Source of the DNA: Rhodospirillum sp.
GTDB taxonomy: Bacteria > Pseudomonadota > Alphaproteobacteria > Dongiales > Dongiaceae
Reading direction: 5' to 3'
NCBI GenBank assembly: GCA_013822765.1
Contig: PNKY01000012.1
Span: forward strand, 48,838 to 112,837
Length of the DNA: 64,000 nucleotides
Shown here piece after piece: positions 27,312 through 37,310 of this stretch (positions are counted from its first letter, which is position 1; the number at the start of each line of letters is the position of its first letter). The notes beneath the pieces are model-generated. The model was not told the DNA's origin. It was given only the letters and a program-made list of their open reading frames with translations, and made no database searches. Made by a program: the position numbers and the translations under genes.

Positions 27312-28649
27312 ATGGCCATCAACATCATCGATCCGAACGCGCCCGGTCAGGCGCATGTGGACAGCTATTGGGCTGCGACCGCAGGTCCGGAGATCGCCGA
27401 CGCGGCTCCGGTCGCGGGCGACATGGAAGTCGATGTCGCGATCATCGGCGGCGGCTACACCGGCTTGTCGACGGCGCTGCATCTCGGCCGCAAGTTTGGC
27501 CTCAAATCGCACGTGCTGGAAGCCAACCGCATCGGCTGGGGCTGCAGCGGCCGCAATGGCGGCTTCGCGTGCCTCGGCATCGGCAAGACCAGCATGGCTG
27601 GCTGGATCAAGCGCTGGGGCGAAGCGGAGGCGCGCCGCATCTTCGATCAATCCGGCGACGCCGTGCGGCTGGTGCGCCGGCTGCTGAGCGAGGAGGCGAT
27701 CGACGCCGAGGCGACGCCGGATGGCTACCTGGAGCTGGCGCATCTGCCGAACCGCATGCGGGAGCTGGAGCGCGACCAGCGCTTCCTCGACAGCAAGTTC
27801 GGCGTGAAGTCGCGCCTGCTCGACAAGGCCGAACTCGAGAGCAAGTATCTGATCAGCCGCGAAGCGCACGGCGCGCTGCTGCTCGAGACCGGCTTCGCGC
27901 TGCATGCAATGAAGTATGTGCGCGGCCTCGCGCGCGCCGCGCAGCGTGCCGGCGCGGTGCTACACGGTTCATCGCCGGTGCAGGGCTGGGCGCGCGACGG
28001 CAGACATCATGTGCTGACGACGCCTGGCGGCAGGGTACACGCCAGGCAAGTGGTGGTCGCAGGCAACGGCTACACCGGAGACCGGCTGCATCCCGCGATC
28101 GACGGGCGCTTGCTGCCGGCGCTCTCCAACATCGTGGTGACGCGGCCGCTGACGGACGCGGAGCGCACGGCGCTCAACTGGACCGCCACGCTGCCGATCA
28201 GCGATACCCGCAACCTGCTGTTCTATTATCGCCAGCTGCCGGATCGCCGCATCCTGTTCGGCGCGCGCGGCGGCATCGAGGATACCGCCGGCAGCCGCGC
28301 GTCGCACAAGGCCTGGCTCGAGGGCCGCCTCGCGGACATGTTCCCGATCCTCAAGGGCATCGAGATCACGCATTTCTGGAACGGCTGGGTGTGCGTGCCG
28401 TTCGACAAGTCCCCGCACGTCAATTCGATCGAGGACGGCACGGTGCATTACGCCCTCGGCTACGTCGGAACCGGCGTCGCGCTCTCGACCTATTGCGGCC
28501 TGCTGCTGGCGCACCGGCTGGCGGGCGACGACAGCCTGCGGCCTTCGCCGTTGCTGGCGCAGCCGCTGCCGCGCTTTCCGTTCCCGGCCCTGCGCCGGAC
28601 CTATCAGCGCGCGATGTACGTCTATTACGACCTGCAGGACCGGCGTTGA
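27312..28649 (+). CDS. FAD-dependent oxidoreductase, DAO/PuuB-like
   Basis: SYWAAT, IIGGGYTGLS.ALHL, GCSGRNGG, VVVAGNGY, LFYYRQLPD.RILFG. Confidence 0.88.
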   Translation: MAINIIDPNAPGQAHVDSYWAATAGPEIADAAPVAGDMEVDVAIIGGGYTGLSTALHLGRKFGLKSHVLEANRIGWGCSGRNGGFACLGIGKTSMAGWIKRWGEAEARRIFDQSGDAVRLVRRLLSEEAIDAEATPDGYLELAHLPNRMRELERDQRFLDSKFGVKSRLLDKAELESKYLISREAHGALLLETGFALHAMKYVRGLARAAQRAGAVLHGSSPVQGWARDGRHHVLTTPGGRVHARQVVVAGNGYTGDRLHPAIDGRLLPALSNIVVTRPLTDAERTALNWTATLPISDTRNLLFYYRQLPDRRILFGARGGIEDTAGSRASHKAWLEGRLADMFPILKGIEITHFWNGWVCVPFDKSPHVNSIEDGTVHYALGYVGTGVALSTYCGLLLAHRLAGDDSLRPSPLLAQPLPRFPFPALRRTYQRAMYVYYDLQDRR

Positions 28650-28654
28650 AGCCA

Positions 28655-29602
28655 ATGACCGATGACGCCCTGAGATCAGCCAACACGGCGCCGACGCCCT
28701 CGCGCCTGCTGCGCCTAGTGCTGGGCCCGCTGGCGCTGCTGGGCATGGGCTCGATCTGGGGTCTTGGCTTCGCGCTCGCCAAGCTGGCGGGCGAGAACGG
28801 CGCTCATCCGATCGGCCTGGTGCTGTGGGAGACCATCGGCAGCGGGGCGCTGCTGCTGATCGTCTGCACGATGCTCGGCCGCTATCCGCGCCGGCAATGG
28901 CGCTATCTGCGCTACTACCTGATCAACGGCTTGCTGGGGTTCGCTATTCCCGGTCCGCTGCTGTTCTGGATCGCGCCGCACCTGCCGGTCGGCGTGCTGA
29001 CGCTGATGATCCCGATGGCGCCGCTGCTGACCTATGTTCTGATCCTGCTCATGCGCACCGAACGGTTCGACGTCTGGCGCGCCTGCGGCGTGCTGCTCGG
29101 GTTCGTCGGCGTCGGCCTGATCGTGCTGCCGAAGGAGAGCCTGCCGGAGCCGGGCCTGATTGGCTGGGTGCTGCTGGGCCTCGGCGCCTCGTGCTTCTAC
29201 GCGCTGCAGAATCTCTACATCGCACTGCGCTCGCCGCCGGATGCCGACGTACTGACGCAGACCACCGGCATGCTGATCCTGGGCGGGCTCACGGCGATCC
29301 CGTTCGCGGCCGCGTTCGACGGCTTTTTGTGGCCGGTCTTCCCGATGACCGTCGTGGTCAAGGCCGCCGCAGCCATGCTTCTGATCAACGCGGCGATGAT
29401 GCTGATCTTCGTGTGGGTGGTGCGGGCGATCGGGCCGGTGTTCGCCTCTCAGACCGCCAACGTGATCGTGCTCGCGGGCGTATTCTGGGGCTGGATCTTT
29501 TTCGACGAGATCCTTAGCCCCTGGGTCTGGGGTGCGATCTGCGCCATGGCGGTCGGCGTGGCGCTGGTGACCCTGCGCCCCGCCGTGCCAGTCAAGAAAT
29601 AG
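28655..29602 (+). CDS. DMT family transporter (two EamA repeats)
   Basis: About 10 TM segments; IWGLGF.LAK, PLLTY..., IGPVFASQ, GVFWGWIFFDE. Confidence 0.85.
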   Translation: MTDDALRSANTAPTPSRLLRLVLGPLALLGMGSIWGLGFALAKLAGENGAHPIGLVLWETIGSGALLLIVCTMLGRYPRRQWRYLRYYLINGLLGFAIPGPLLFWIAPHLPVGVLTLMIPMAPLLTYVLILLMRTERFDVWRACGVLLGFVGVGLIVLPKESLPEPGLIGWVLLGLGASCFYALQNLYIALRSPPDADVLTQTTGMLILGGLTAIPFAAAFDGFLWPVFPMTVVVKAAAAMLLINAAMMLIFVWVVRAIGPVFASQTANVIVLAGVFWGWIFFDEILSPWVWGAICAMAVGVALVTLRPAVPVKK

Positions 29603-29603
29603 G

Positions 29604-30197
29604 TTACGCGCCCAACAGCATGCTGCCGCCGACCACCGCCATCGCGGCGCCCGCCACGCGGAACGGCAACTTGGCCGCGTGCTGACGCGCAACCAACGCG
29701 ATGCCCACGCCGGCTACATGCAGCAGCGCCGTTGCACTCACGAAGCCCGCGCCGTACGCGGCGGGATGGGCAAAGCCCGGCAGCTCCGTGCCGTGGGCAT
29801 GGCCATGGAACAGCGCGAACAGTCCGACCAGGCCCATCGCCAGGCCGACCGGCATGCGCGTGCCGAAGGCGATCAGCGCGCCGATCACCAGCACCGAGCC
29901 GGCAATCCCGAATTCCACCAGTGGCAGCGGCGCACCCGCGAGCGCCAGACCGGCACCCGCAACCATGACGCCTACGAAGGCCGCCGGCACCAGCCAGGTC
30001 GCGCGCTTGCCGAGCTGCGCCGCCCAGACGCCGACGCCGAGCATCGCCAGCAGATGGTCGACGCCCATCAGCGGATGCAGGAAGCCGGCTGCGAAGCCGT
30101 GGCTGTGCGCGCCGACGCCGGTGTGGGCGAAAGCCGGAGCCGCCAGCGCCAGGCCCATGACGGCGGCGCTTGCGATGATACGTGTCGGTCTGTTCAT
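29604..30197 (-). CDS. HupE/UreJ family Ni/Co transporter
   Basis: Signal ending AFAH, GFLHPLMGVDHLLAM, FALFHGHAHG.E, TALLH..G. Confidence 0.93.
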   Translation of the reverse strand: MNRPTRIIASAAVMGLALAAPAFAHTGVGAHSHGFAAGFLHPLMGVDHLLAMLGVGVWAAQLGKRATWLVPAAFVGVMVAGAGLALAGAPLPLVEFGIAGSVLVIGALIAFGTRMPVGLAMGLVGLFALFHGHAHGTELPGFAHPAAYGAGFVSATALLHVAGVGIALVARQHAAKLPFRVAGAAMAVVGGSMLLGA

Positions 30198-30291
30198 GAT
30201 CCCTGCATCCTCTCTTGAAGCTTTGGTCTTCTGATCTGTTATCGTTATATCAGCCCGTTCCGTGCAACCCAAGGACCGCCCAAGGACCACA

Positions 30292-30876
30292 ATGCCGCTC
30301 GACCGGCCTTTGCCCGACCGCACCGCCCTCGTCATCGTCGACCTGCAGCTGGCGGTCGACAACCCGCGCTGGGCGCGGCACGGGCCGCGCAACAATCCCG
30401 GCGCCGAAGCGGCAGCGGCCGCGCTGCTGGCGCGCTGGCGTCGTCTCGGCTGGCCGATCGTCCACGTCCGCCACGATTCAACCGAGCCGGAGTCGACCTA
30501 CAAACCCGGCGGTCCCGGCCATGCCTTCAAGCCAGAGGTCGAGCCCGCCGCCGACGAGACGATCATCGCCAAGCAGGTGAACAGCGCCTTTATCGGCACC
30601 GACCTCCATCGCCATCTGCGCGACATCGATGCGCCGGCGCTGGTGATCCTCGGCGTCATCACCAACAATTCGCTGGAGGCGACGGTGCGCAACGCCGGCA
30701 ATCTCGGCCACGCCGTGTTCGTGCCGGAGGACGCCTGCTTCACCTACGGCTGGAAAGACCTGCGCGGCAAGCTGTGGTCGGCGGAAGACGTTCACGCCCT
30801 GTCGCTCGCCAACCTGCATGGCGAATACGCCACCGTGACCAGCAGCGCCGAGATCCTCGCGAACGTACCAGCCTAG
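30292..30876 (+). CDS. Cysteine hydrolase (isochorismatase) family protein
   Basis: TALVIVDLQ, IVHVRHDS, KQVNSAFIGT, TVRNAGNLG; TNNS occupies the usual catalytic Cys position. Confidence 0.85.
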   Translation: MPLDRPLPDRTALVIVDLQLAVDNPRWARHGPRNNPGAEAAAAALLARWRRLGWPIVHVRHDSTEPESTYKPGGPGHAFKPEVEPAADETIIAKQVNSAFIGTDLHRHLRDIDAPALVILGVITNNSLEATVRNAGNLGHAVFVPEDACFTYGWKDLRGKLWSAEDVHALSLANLHGEYATVTSSAEILANVPA

Positions 30877-31622
30877 GCGGCGGCCTCGTTGGCGTAGCGC
30901 TTGAAGAACGCGCCGGTGAGCGCACCCAGCACCAGCCAGAACACCAGGCTGGTGACGATCGCGACCAGGATGAACTTGTGCTCCAGCTCTTCCGGCGCAA
31001 GGCCGCCAGGGGTCTCCGGATGCGGCGCGCCGATGACGTGCGGCGCGACGATCAGCACCACCGCGATCGCATAGCCGTAGACATTGCGCAGGCGCGCCGC
31101 CGCGAACAGGCCGGCGGCCGTCGCGACCACAGTGCCGATCCACCACAGCTGACGCTCCAGCAGCGGCGCCGCTTCGGTGCCCGGCAGTTCGGGTGGCAAC
31201 CCGAACGAGGGCGCGAGGGTGAAGCAGGCAAAGCCTGCGAGACCCCACAGCAAGCCACGGCGCCAATCTGCGCCCTTGCCGAAGAACACGATGGCGGCGG
31301 TCAGCAGGAACGCGAAGCCGACGCCGGTCACGACATCCGCGCCCAGCGTGTAGAGATTACGCTCCCAGCCATCGGCAGGCGCCCAGGCTTCGGCCTCGTG
31401 CTCATGCTCGGCGGCGCCGGCCTCGTGCGTGTGTGCGGTCGCTTCCGCCTCGGCCGTCGCGGCAGCAGCAGGTTCCTCGGCAGCGCCGGCATTCTCGTAG
31501 ACCTCGGCCTCCAGGATGAGCGGCGTGGTGCCGAACATGTGCACGCCCCAGTTCACCACCCCGGCGCCGATGCCGGCCAGCAAAGCAACCGTCAGGAAGA
31601 TACGGAGATATCCGAACATCAT
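30873..31622 (-). CDS. cbtA: Cobalt transporter subunit CbtA
   Basis: TPLILEAEVYE, WAPADGWERN, GLPPELPG, RQLWW, PHVIGAP. Confidence 0.92.
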   Translation of the reverse strand: MMFGYLRIFLTVALLAGIGAGVVNWGVHMFGTTPLILEAEVYENAGAAEEPAAAATAEAEATAHTHEAGAAEHEHEAEAWAPADGWERNLYTLGADVVTGVGFAFLLTAAIVFFGKGADWRRGLLWGLAGFACFTLAPSFGLPPELPGTEAAPLLERQLWWIGTVVATAAGLFAAARLRNVYGYAIAVVLIVAPHVIGAPHPETPGGLAPEELEHKFILVAIVTSLVFWLVLGALTGAFFKRYANEAAA

Positions 31623-31698
31623 GCATCACGGCCTGGAGGCCGCCCCTCGCAAGACAACGCCGAATAGACTGAAGCGCCGGATGGATCCGGCGATGATC

Positions 31699-31887
31699 CT
31701 AGTGGCAGGGGAAATTATTGGCGTGCCGCGCGTCGTGCGCCGCGTTGTGCAGCACATCCGCGCCAGCGAAGCCCATGCCGTAGATGAACACGGCGCCGAA
31801 CACTGCGACGATCATGGCGGCGGCGAGCGCCGCCGTGCGCGTGTTCAGCTTGGCTTGGGTCTGAGAAGCGGTGCGAATCTGCGACAT
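31699..31887 (-). CDS. cbtB: Cobalt transporter subunit CbtB
   Basis: Single TM then GFA...LHNAAHDARHANNFPCH. Confidence 0.92.
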   Translation of the reverse strand: MSQIRTASQTQAKLNTRTAALAAAMIVAVFGAVFIYGMGFAGADVLHNAAHDARHANNFPCH

Positions 31888-32014
31888 GTCGATCCCCATC
31901 TGCCGCGCCTGCCCACCGGAACGGGACGCTTGGTGCGCGGATTATCGTTCGGTTGGTAACGTGCCCGATTTCCGTTGCCCTGGCAAGACTTAGCGCCCTC
32001 GAACGGCCCTGAAA

Positions 32015-33331
32015 TCAGGCTTCATCGATAAGGTGCAGGAACGATCCGAACACACTGCCCTGCCGGCGACCTTGCCTCCCCAGATTGCGACAGGCCGCGT
32101 CCGCGACATCGAACAGCGACTCGCCCGGACCCTCCGAAACCACGGTGGCGTAGTGGAATTCATGACCCCTGAATGCGCGGCCGGCCTTGCCCACGGGACC
32201 GTCGGCCAACAGCGTGCCCTGGCGATAGCCGAGATGCAACTTGCGTTCGGCGAAGGACGTGACGAGGGGGAGTAGTCCTGCCATCGCGTGGCGATTCCCA
32301 TCGGCGTCGACCAGCCCCTCGCCCAGTGTCATGTAGCCGCCACACTCGCCGTAGATCGCCGTCCCTTTGCGCGCGGCCTCCCGCAAGCCGTCCATGAGGA
32401 CGCCGTTCGCAGCGAGCGTGCCGGCATGCAGTTCGGGATAGCCGCCGGGCAGGAAGATCGCGTCGGCCATCGCATCGGGGCGCTCGCCGGCCAATGGCGA
32501 GAAGCGGACGATCTCGGCCCCCGCCGCGCGCCAGCCAAGCAGGATCGCCGCATAGCTGAAGCCGAACGCGGCGTCGTCCGCGACCGCGATGCGCTGGCCG
32601 AGCGGCGGAATCGCGCGCGCTGGCTCCGATTGCGCGATCGTCGGGGCACGCGCCAATGCGCGCAACGCATCGAGTTCGAGATGCGGCGCGAAATGCGTGC
32701 ACAGTCGGTCGAGGTAGCGGTCGAACGCGTCATGCTCGCGCGCCTGTACCAGACCGAGATGGCGGCTCGGCAGCGCAATGTCCTCGAACGCCGGCAAATA
32801 CCCCAGCACCGGCAGACCCGCGCGCGCGGCCGCCTGCGCCAGCATTGCTCGATGCCGCTCACCGCCGACCTCGTTGAAGATCACGCCGGCAACGCGGACA
32901 TCGTCATGATGCCGCTTCAGTCCCTCCAACACCGCCGCCGCGGTCGCGCCCATCCCCTTGGCGCGCAGCACCAGCACCACCGGCAAGTCGGTGCGCGCCG
33001 CGATCTCCGCGGTCGAACCTGGAGCCAGCGCAGCGTCGCCGGGTGCGCCGTCGAACAGGCCCATCACACCTTCGATGACTAGCAGCTCCGCATCATGCGT
33101 TGCCTGCCGCACCAGATGCGCCAGCGTCGCTGGCCGCATCGCCCAGCCGTCGAGATTGAAGCACGCCCGTCCAGTGGCGCGCGCATGGAACTGCGGATCG
33201 ATGTAGTCCGGCCCCACCTTGCACGATGCCACCGCAACGCCCCGCCGCTTCAGCAGTGCGAGCAGCGCCAGTGTGACGGTGGTCTTGCCGCTGCCGGACG
33301 ATGCCGCGGCGATGATGAGGCCGTTGGCCAT
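32015..33331 (-). CDS. cobB: Cobyrinate/hydrogenobyrinate a,c-diamide synthase
   Basis: SGSGKTT, KVGPDYIDP, EGVMGLFDG, RHLGL, GGYPEL, ECGG, GHEFHY. Confidence 0.95.
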   Translation of the reverse strand: MANGLIIAAASSGSGKTTVTLALLALLKRRGVAVASCKVGPDYIDPQFHARATGRACFNLDGWAMRPATLAHLVRQATHDAELLVIEGVMGLFDGAPGDAALAPGSTAEIAARTDLPVVLVLRAKGMGATAAAVLEGLKRHHDDVRVAGVIFNEVGGERHRAMLAQAAARAGLPVLGYLPAFEDIALPSRHLGLVQAREHDAFDRYLDRLCTHFAPHLELDALRALARAPTIAQSEPARAIPPLGQRIAVADDAAFGFSYAAILLGWRAAGAEIVRFSPLAGERPDAMADAIFLPGGYPELHAGTLAANGVLMDGLREAARKGTAIYGECGGYMTLGEGLVDADGNRHAMAGLLPLVTSFAERKLHLGYRQGTLLADGPVGKAGRAFRGHEFHYATVVSEGPGESLFDVADAACRNLGRQGRRQGSVFGSFLHLIDEA

Positions 33332-33333
33332 CC

Positions 33334-34173
33334 TCAGCCGGTCTGCCCCTGTCGCCGCGTTCCCAGAGGATCGGAGACGAGCACCCGCCCCTCCGCCGCG
33401 CCGAGCCAATCCAGCGCGGCGCGCAGGCGCACGACTTCGCCGATCACCACGATGGCCGGCGGCTCAATTCCGCTGGCCGCGACATCGGCGGCGCAGGCGC
33501 CGAGCGTCGTCTCCAGCACGCGCTGCTCGGCGCCGGTCGCCTTGCTCACCACCGCCACCGGTTCGCTCGGCAGCCGGCCGCCAGAGATCAGGCGCACGGC
33601 GATCGGCTCGATGTGCTTCAGCGCCATGTAGACCACGATCACCGGGGAGCCCTTGGCGATGGCGTTCCAGTCGACGCCGTCCGGCACCGCGCCGCCAGCA
33701 TCGTGGCCGGTGAGGAAGGTGACTGCGTGGTTGCAGTCGCGGTGCGTGACCGGAATGCCGGCGTAGGCGAGGCCGCCGATGCCGGCGCTGATGCCGGGCA
33801 CGATGCGGAAGGGCACGCCGGCCTCGACCAGCGACATCGCCTCCTCGCCGCCGCGCCCGAACACGAACGGATCGCCGCCCTTGAGGCGCAGCACGCGCTT
33901 GCCCTCGCGCGCGAGCTGGACCAGGCGCAGCGAGATGTCCGGCTGCCGGGCCGAGGGCTTGCCGCCGCGCTTGCCGGCATATTCGAGGGCCGCGCCGGGG
34001 CGCGCCAGCTTCAGGGTTCCCTCATCCACCAGCGCGTCATAGACCACGACGTCGGCGGTGGTGAGGCCGCGCAGCGCCAGCAGCGTGAGCAACCCGGTCG
34101 TGCCCGGCCCCGCGCCGACCAGCCACACCCAGCCCGGCTCGATCCCGGGCAGCGAGTCCAATACTTCGTTCAT
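33334..34173 (-). CDS. cobA: Uroporphyrinogen-III C-methyltransferase
   Basis: VWLVGAGPG, RLKGGDPFVFGRGGEE, GIPVTHR. Confidence 0.95.
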   Translation of the reverse strand: MNEVLDSLPGIEPGWVWLVGAGPGTTGLLTLLALRGLTTADVVVYDALVDEGTLKLARPGAALEYAGKRGGKPSARQPDISLRLVQLAREGKRVLRLKGGDPFVFGRGGEEAMSLVEAGVPFRIVPGISAGIGGLAYAGIPVTHRDCNHAVTFLTGHDAGGAVPDGVDWNAIAKGSPVIVVYMALKHIEPIAVRLISGGRLPSEPVAVVSKATGAEQRVLETTLGACAADVAASGIEPPAIVVIGEVVRLRAALDWLGAAEGRVLVSDPLGTRRQGQTG

Positions 34174-34241
34174 ATCCCGATCCTAGGGAGCCGCCGCCCG
34201 GCGACTAGCCAGATTCAGACCCCAAACGCTAGAATAGCGCC

Positions 34242-35330
34242 ATGACTCGCAAGCCAGAAGGCCCGTTGCGCCGCGGCTGGACCACGGGCGCTTGCGCCAC
34301 CGCCGCGACCAAGGCCGCCTTCACCGCGCTCCTTTCCGGCGAATTCCCGGACCCGGTCGAAATCCTGCTGCCGAAGGGCGAGCGGCCCAGCTTCGCGCTC
34401 GCGCACCGCAACCGCGGCAAGAACTGGGCCAGCGCCGGCATTATCAAGGATGCGGGCGACGATCCCGACGTCACGCACCTGGCGCTGATCGTCTCCAAGG
34501 TCCGCGCCCTACCCTCGCGCAGCGGCGTCCAGTTCAAGGCCGGCCTTGGCGTCGGCACCGTCACCAAGGCTGGCCTGCCGATCGAGCCCGGCGAGCCCGC
34601 GATCAATCCCGTCCCACGCCGCATGATGGCCGAGGTGATCGAGCAGGTCGCGGTCGCGCACGGCGCGGAGCCCGACGTCGAGATCGAAATCTCGGTGCCC
34701 GGCGGCCAGGAGCTGGCGAAACAGACCTGGAACCCGCGCCTCGGCATCGTCGGCGGCATCTCGATCCTCGGCACCACCGGCATTGTGCATCCGTTCTCCT
34801 GCTCGGCCTGGATCGCCTCGATCCATCGCGGCATCGATGTCATCCGCGCCGCTGGTCTCGAGCACGCGGCGGCCTGCACCGGCTCGACCACCGAGAGCGC
34901 GGTGCAGCAGCGCTACGGTCTGCCGGACTTCGCCTTCATCGACATGGGCGATTTTGCCGGCGCGACCCTCAAGTACCTGCGCCAGCATCCGATCAAGCGC
35001 CTGACGCTTGCCGGCGGCTTCGGCAAGTTCTGCAAGCTGGCGGAGGGATTCCTCGACCTCCATTCCGGACGCAGCCAGGTGAACCTGGAAACGCTTGCCC
35101 GCTGGGCCGGCGAGTACGGCGCCAACGACTTGACGCGCACGCTGATCACGGAAGCGAACACGGCCAGCGAAGTGCTGACCATCGCGCAGCAGCAGAACAT
35201 CCCGCTGGGCAGGGTGGTGGCGGACAAGGCGCAGCAGGTCGCGCTCGAGGAGGTGAACGGCAAGGTCGCGATCGAGGTGCTGGTCTACGACCGCGACGGC
35301 CAGATGGTCGCCGGCACGGGCTTCAACTGA
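34242..35330 (+). CDS. cbiD: Cobalt-precorrin-5B C1-methyltransferase
   Basis: LRRGWTTGACATAA, KDAGDDPDVTH, PAINPVP, NPRLGIVGGISILGTTG. Confidence 0.96.
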   Translation: MTRKPEGPLRRGWTTGACATAATKAAFTALLSGEFPDPVEILLPKGERPSFALAHRNRGKNWASAGIIKDAGDDPDVTHLALIVSKVRALPSRSGVQFKAGLGVGTVTKAGLPIEPGEPAINPVPRRMMAEVIEQVAVAHGAEPDVEIEISVPGGQELAKQTWNPRLGIVGGISILGTTGIVHPFSCSAWIASIHRGIDVIRAAGLEHAAACTGSTTESAVQQRYGLPDFAFIDMGDFAGATLKYLRQHPIKRLTLAGGFGKFCKLAEGFLDLHSGRSQVNLETLARWAGEYGANDLTRTLITEANTASEVLTIAQQQNIPLGRVVADKAQQVALEEVNGKVAIEVLVYDRDGQMVAGTGFN

Positions 35331-35331
35331 T

Positions 35332-36078
35332 ATGCGGGTCCTGATCCTCGGCGGCACGCACGAAGGCTTCCAGCTGGCCGAGCTATTGGCGGCGCAGGGC
35401 GGCGTCGACTTCATCTCCTCGCTCGCCGGCCGCACGCGCGAGCCGCGCAGGCCGAAAGGCCAGGTGCGCACCGGCGGCTTCGGCGGCGCCGATGGCCTCG
35501 CGGACTATTTGCGCACGGAGCGCATCACGCACCTCGTCAACGCGACCCATCCGTTCGCGGCGCAGATCAGCGCCAACGCGGTCGCGGCGGCGGAGGCGGC
35601 GGGCGTCCCGCTGCTGCGGCTGCTGCGCCCGGCCTGGACGGCGCGGCAGGACGACCGCTGGGTCGAAGCACGCCATGCCACCGAAGCGGCGGAGTTGTGC
35701 CGGCGCGAAGGTGGCCGCATCTTCCTCACCTTGGGTTCGGGCGAGCTCGATGCCTTCACCGAGATCCACAACGCGCACTTCCTGGTGCGCATGATCGACG
35801 CGCCGGAGCGGCTGCCGTTGCACGACTATCGCGTCATTGCGGCGCGCGGCCCATTCTCCCTGCAGAACGAACTGCGCCTGCTGGCCGAGCATCACATCGG
35901 CCTGATCGTCGCCAAGAACAGTGGCGGCGAGGCCACCTATGCCAAGATCGAGGCGGCGCGGCGCATGGCCTTGGCCGTCATCATGATCGAGCGGCCCGCC
36001 ATCGCGCTTGATCCGCGCTCGCCGGCGGTCGCGCGCGTGGAGGATGTCGTCGCCTGGATCACGCAGCAGGGTCGCTGA
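35332..36078 (+). CDS. cobK: Precorrin-6A / cobalt-precorrin-6A reductase
   Basis: LILGGT, GGFGG..GL, ATHPFA, RGPF, KNSGG. Confidence 0.94.
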   Translation: MRVLILGGTHEGFQLAELLAAQGGVDFISSLAGRTREPRRPKGQVRTGGFGGADGLADYLRTERITHLVNATHPFAAQISANAVAAAEAAGVPLLRLLRPAWTARQDDRWVEARHATEAAELCRREGGRIFLTLGSGELDAFTEIHNAHFLVRMIDAPERLPLHDYRVIAARGPFSLQNELRLLAEHHIGLIVAKNSGGEATYAKIEAARRMALAVIMIERPAIALDPRSPAVARVEDVVAWITQQGR

Positions 36079-37309
36079 CTTCCACGCGCGGTAGGGTGCG
36101 GATTCGCGAGGCCAGCAGCACCGGCAGCGACAGCGCATAGCCCGCGACGCACACCCACAGCACCGGAGTCAATCCAAACCGCTCGGCGAAGACGCCGGCG
36201 AGGATGGCACCGATTGGTCCCGGCACGTTGCCGCACATCGAGATCACCACGGCGGCGCGGCCAAGTACGGCGTTGTCGATGTGATGCTGGCGCAGCGCAC
36301 GCTCGAGCGAGAAGGCGTAGGCGAGGCCGAAGTCGCTGATCAGCTGGCCCAGCACCAGCAGCGGAATCACCAGCCAGGTGCCGACGAAGAAACCAGCGAG
36401 CGGCAGCAGCACGTGGCCGAGCGCGGCCGCGGCGATGCCGACGATCATGCCGGGGCCGGCAGGCGTCACGGCCGCAATGCGCGTCGTCACGATCGCGGCC
36501 GCGAGCGCCGCCGCGCCGCCGCAGCCGACGATGACGCCGAGCGCCGCCGGCGAGACCTGCAGGTCGTGAAACAGATACAGCACGTAGAACGCGCCAATGG
36601 CGCCGCCGCAGATTGCGCGGATGATCTTGGCCAGCGCCAGCGGCCGGAACAGGCGGTGGCGGAAAATGATCCGGAACCCGACCTTGAGATCGTCCCAGGT
36701 GACGCGCGCGCCGTCGCTGTGCGCCGGCGGCGCCTCGGTGTGCGGCAAGCGCCACAGCAGAACGGCGGAGGCGACATAGCTGACGGCATCGCACAGGATC
36801 GCAATCGGCGCGCCGAGCACCTGCACCAGCAACCCGCCGATCGGAGGGCCGACGATCTCCGAGGCGGCCGCCGTCGATTCCTGCTTGGCATTGGCGTCGA
36901 GCAGCCAGCGCCTCTCGATTAGGGTCGGCATGTACGCCAGGTGCGCGCAGTCGAACACCAGGCTGCAGGACATCACGACAAACACCACCACCAGCAGCTG
37001 CGCCAGCGAGAAGCCGCCGAGCCACGCCGCGATCGGGATGGTCAGGAGCAACCCGGCGCGGATGAGGTCGGTGGCGATGAGGAGCGGCCGCCGCCGCACC
37101 CGGTCGATCAGCACGCCCGCCGCCAGGCCGAAGATCAGATATGGCAGCGACATCGCGAGATTGAGCCAGGCGAGATCCAGCGGCCCCGATCCCAGCAGCA
37201 TGACCGCGCTGAGCGCAATCGCCTCGCGCCCGATGCGCGTCCCGAACGCCGACGTCGCCTGCGCGCCCCACAGATGCAGGAACCCACGATGGCGCCAGAG
37301 AGTGGTCAA
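36059..37309 (-). CDS. MFS transporter (H+ antiporter-like)
   Basis: FLHLWGAQ..S.FG, motif A GVLIDRVRRRPLL, GPPIGG.L; about 12 TM; TTG start 1 nt after cobM stop. Confidence 0.85.
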   Translation of the reverse strand: MTTLWRHRGFLHLWGAQATSAFGTRIGREAIALSAVMLLGSGPLDLAWLNLAMSLPYLIFGLAAGVLIDRVRRRPLLIATDLIRAGLLLTIPIAAWLGGFSLAQLLVVVFVVMSCSLVFDCAHLAYMPTLIERRWLLDANAKQESTAAASEIVGPPIGGLLVQVLGAPIAILCDAVSYVASAVLLWRLPHTEAPPAHSDGARVTWDDLKVGFRIIFRHRLFRPLALAKIIRAICGGAIGAFYVLYLFHDLQVSPAALGVIVGCGGAAALAAAIVTTRIAAVTPAGPGMIVGIAAAALGHVLLPLAGFFVGTWLVIPLLVLGQLISDFGLAYAFSLERALRQHHIDNAVLGRAAVVISMCGNVPGPIGAILAGVFAERFGLTPVLWVCVAGYALSLPVLLASRIRTLPRVEVSDPAA

Positions 37310-37310
37310 G

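Noticed and set aside
27368-29602. 744-aa ORF suggesting an oxidoreductase-DMT fusion
   Set aside because: The N-terminal part is an alternative frame of the oxidoreductase gene; the DMT starts at 28655.
31675-31692. Hairpin CGCCGGA-TGGA-TCCGGCG between cbtB and cbtA as a terminator
   Set aside because: No U-tract on the coding strand; at most a stability hairpin.
31888-32014. Second cobalamin riboswitch upstream of cbtB
   Set aside because: Gap is short and lacks the GGGAA, GCCCCCGCAACTGT and B12-box motifs.
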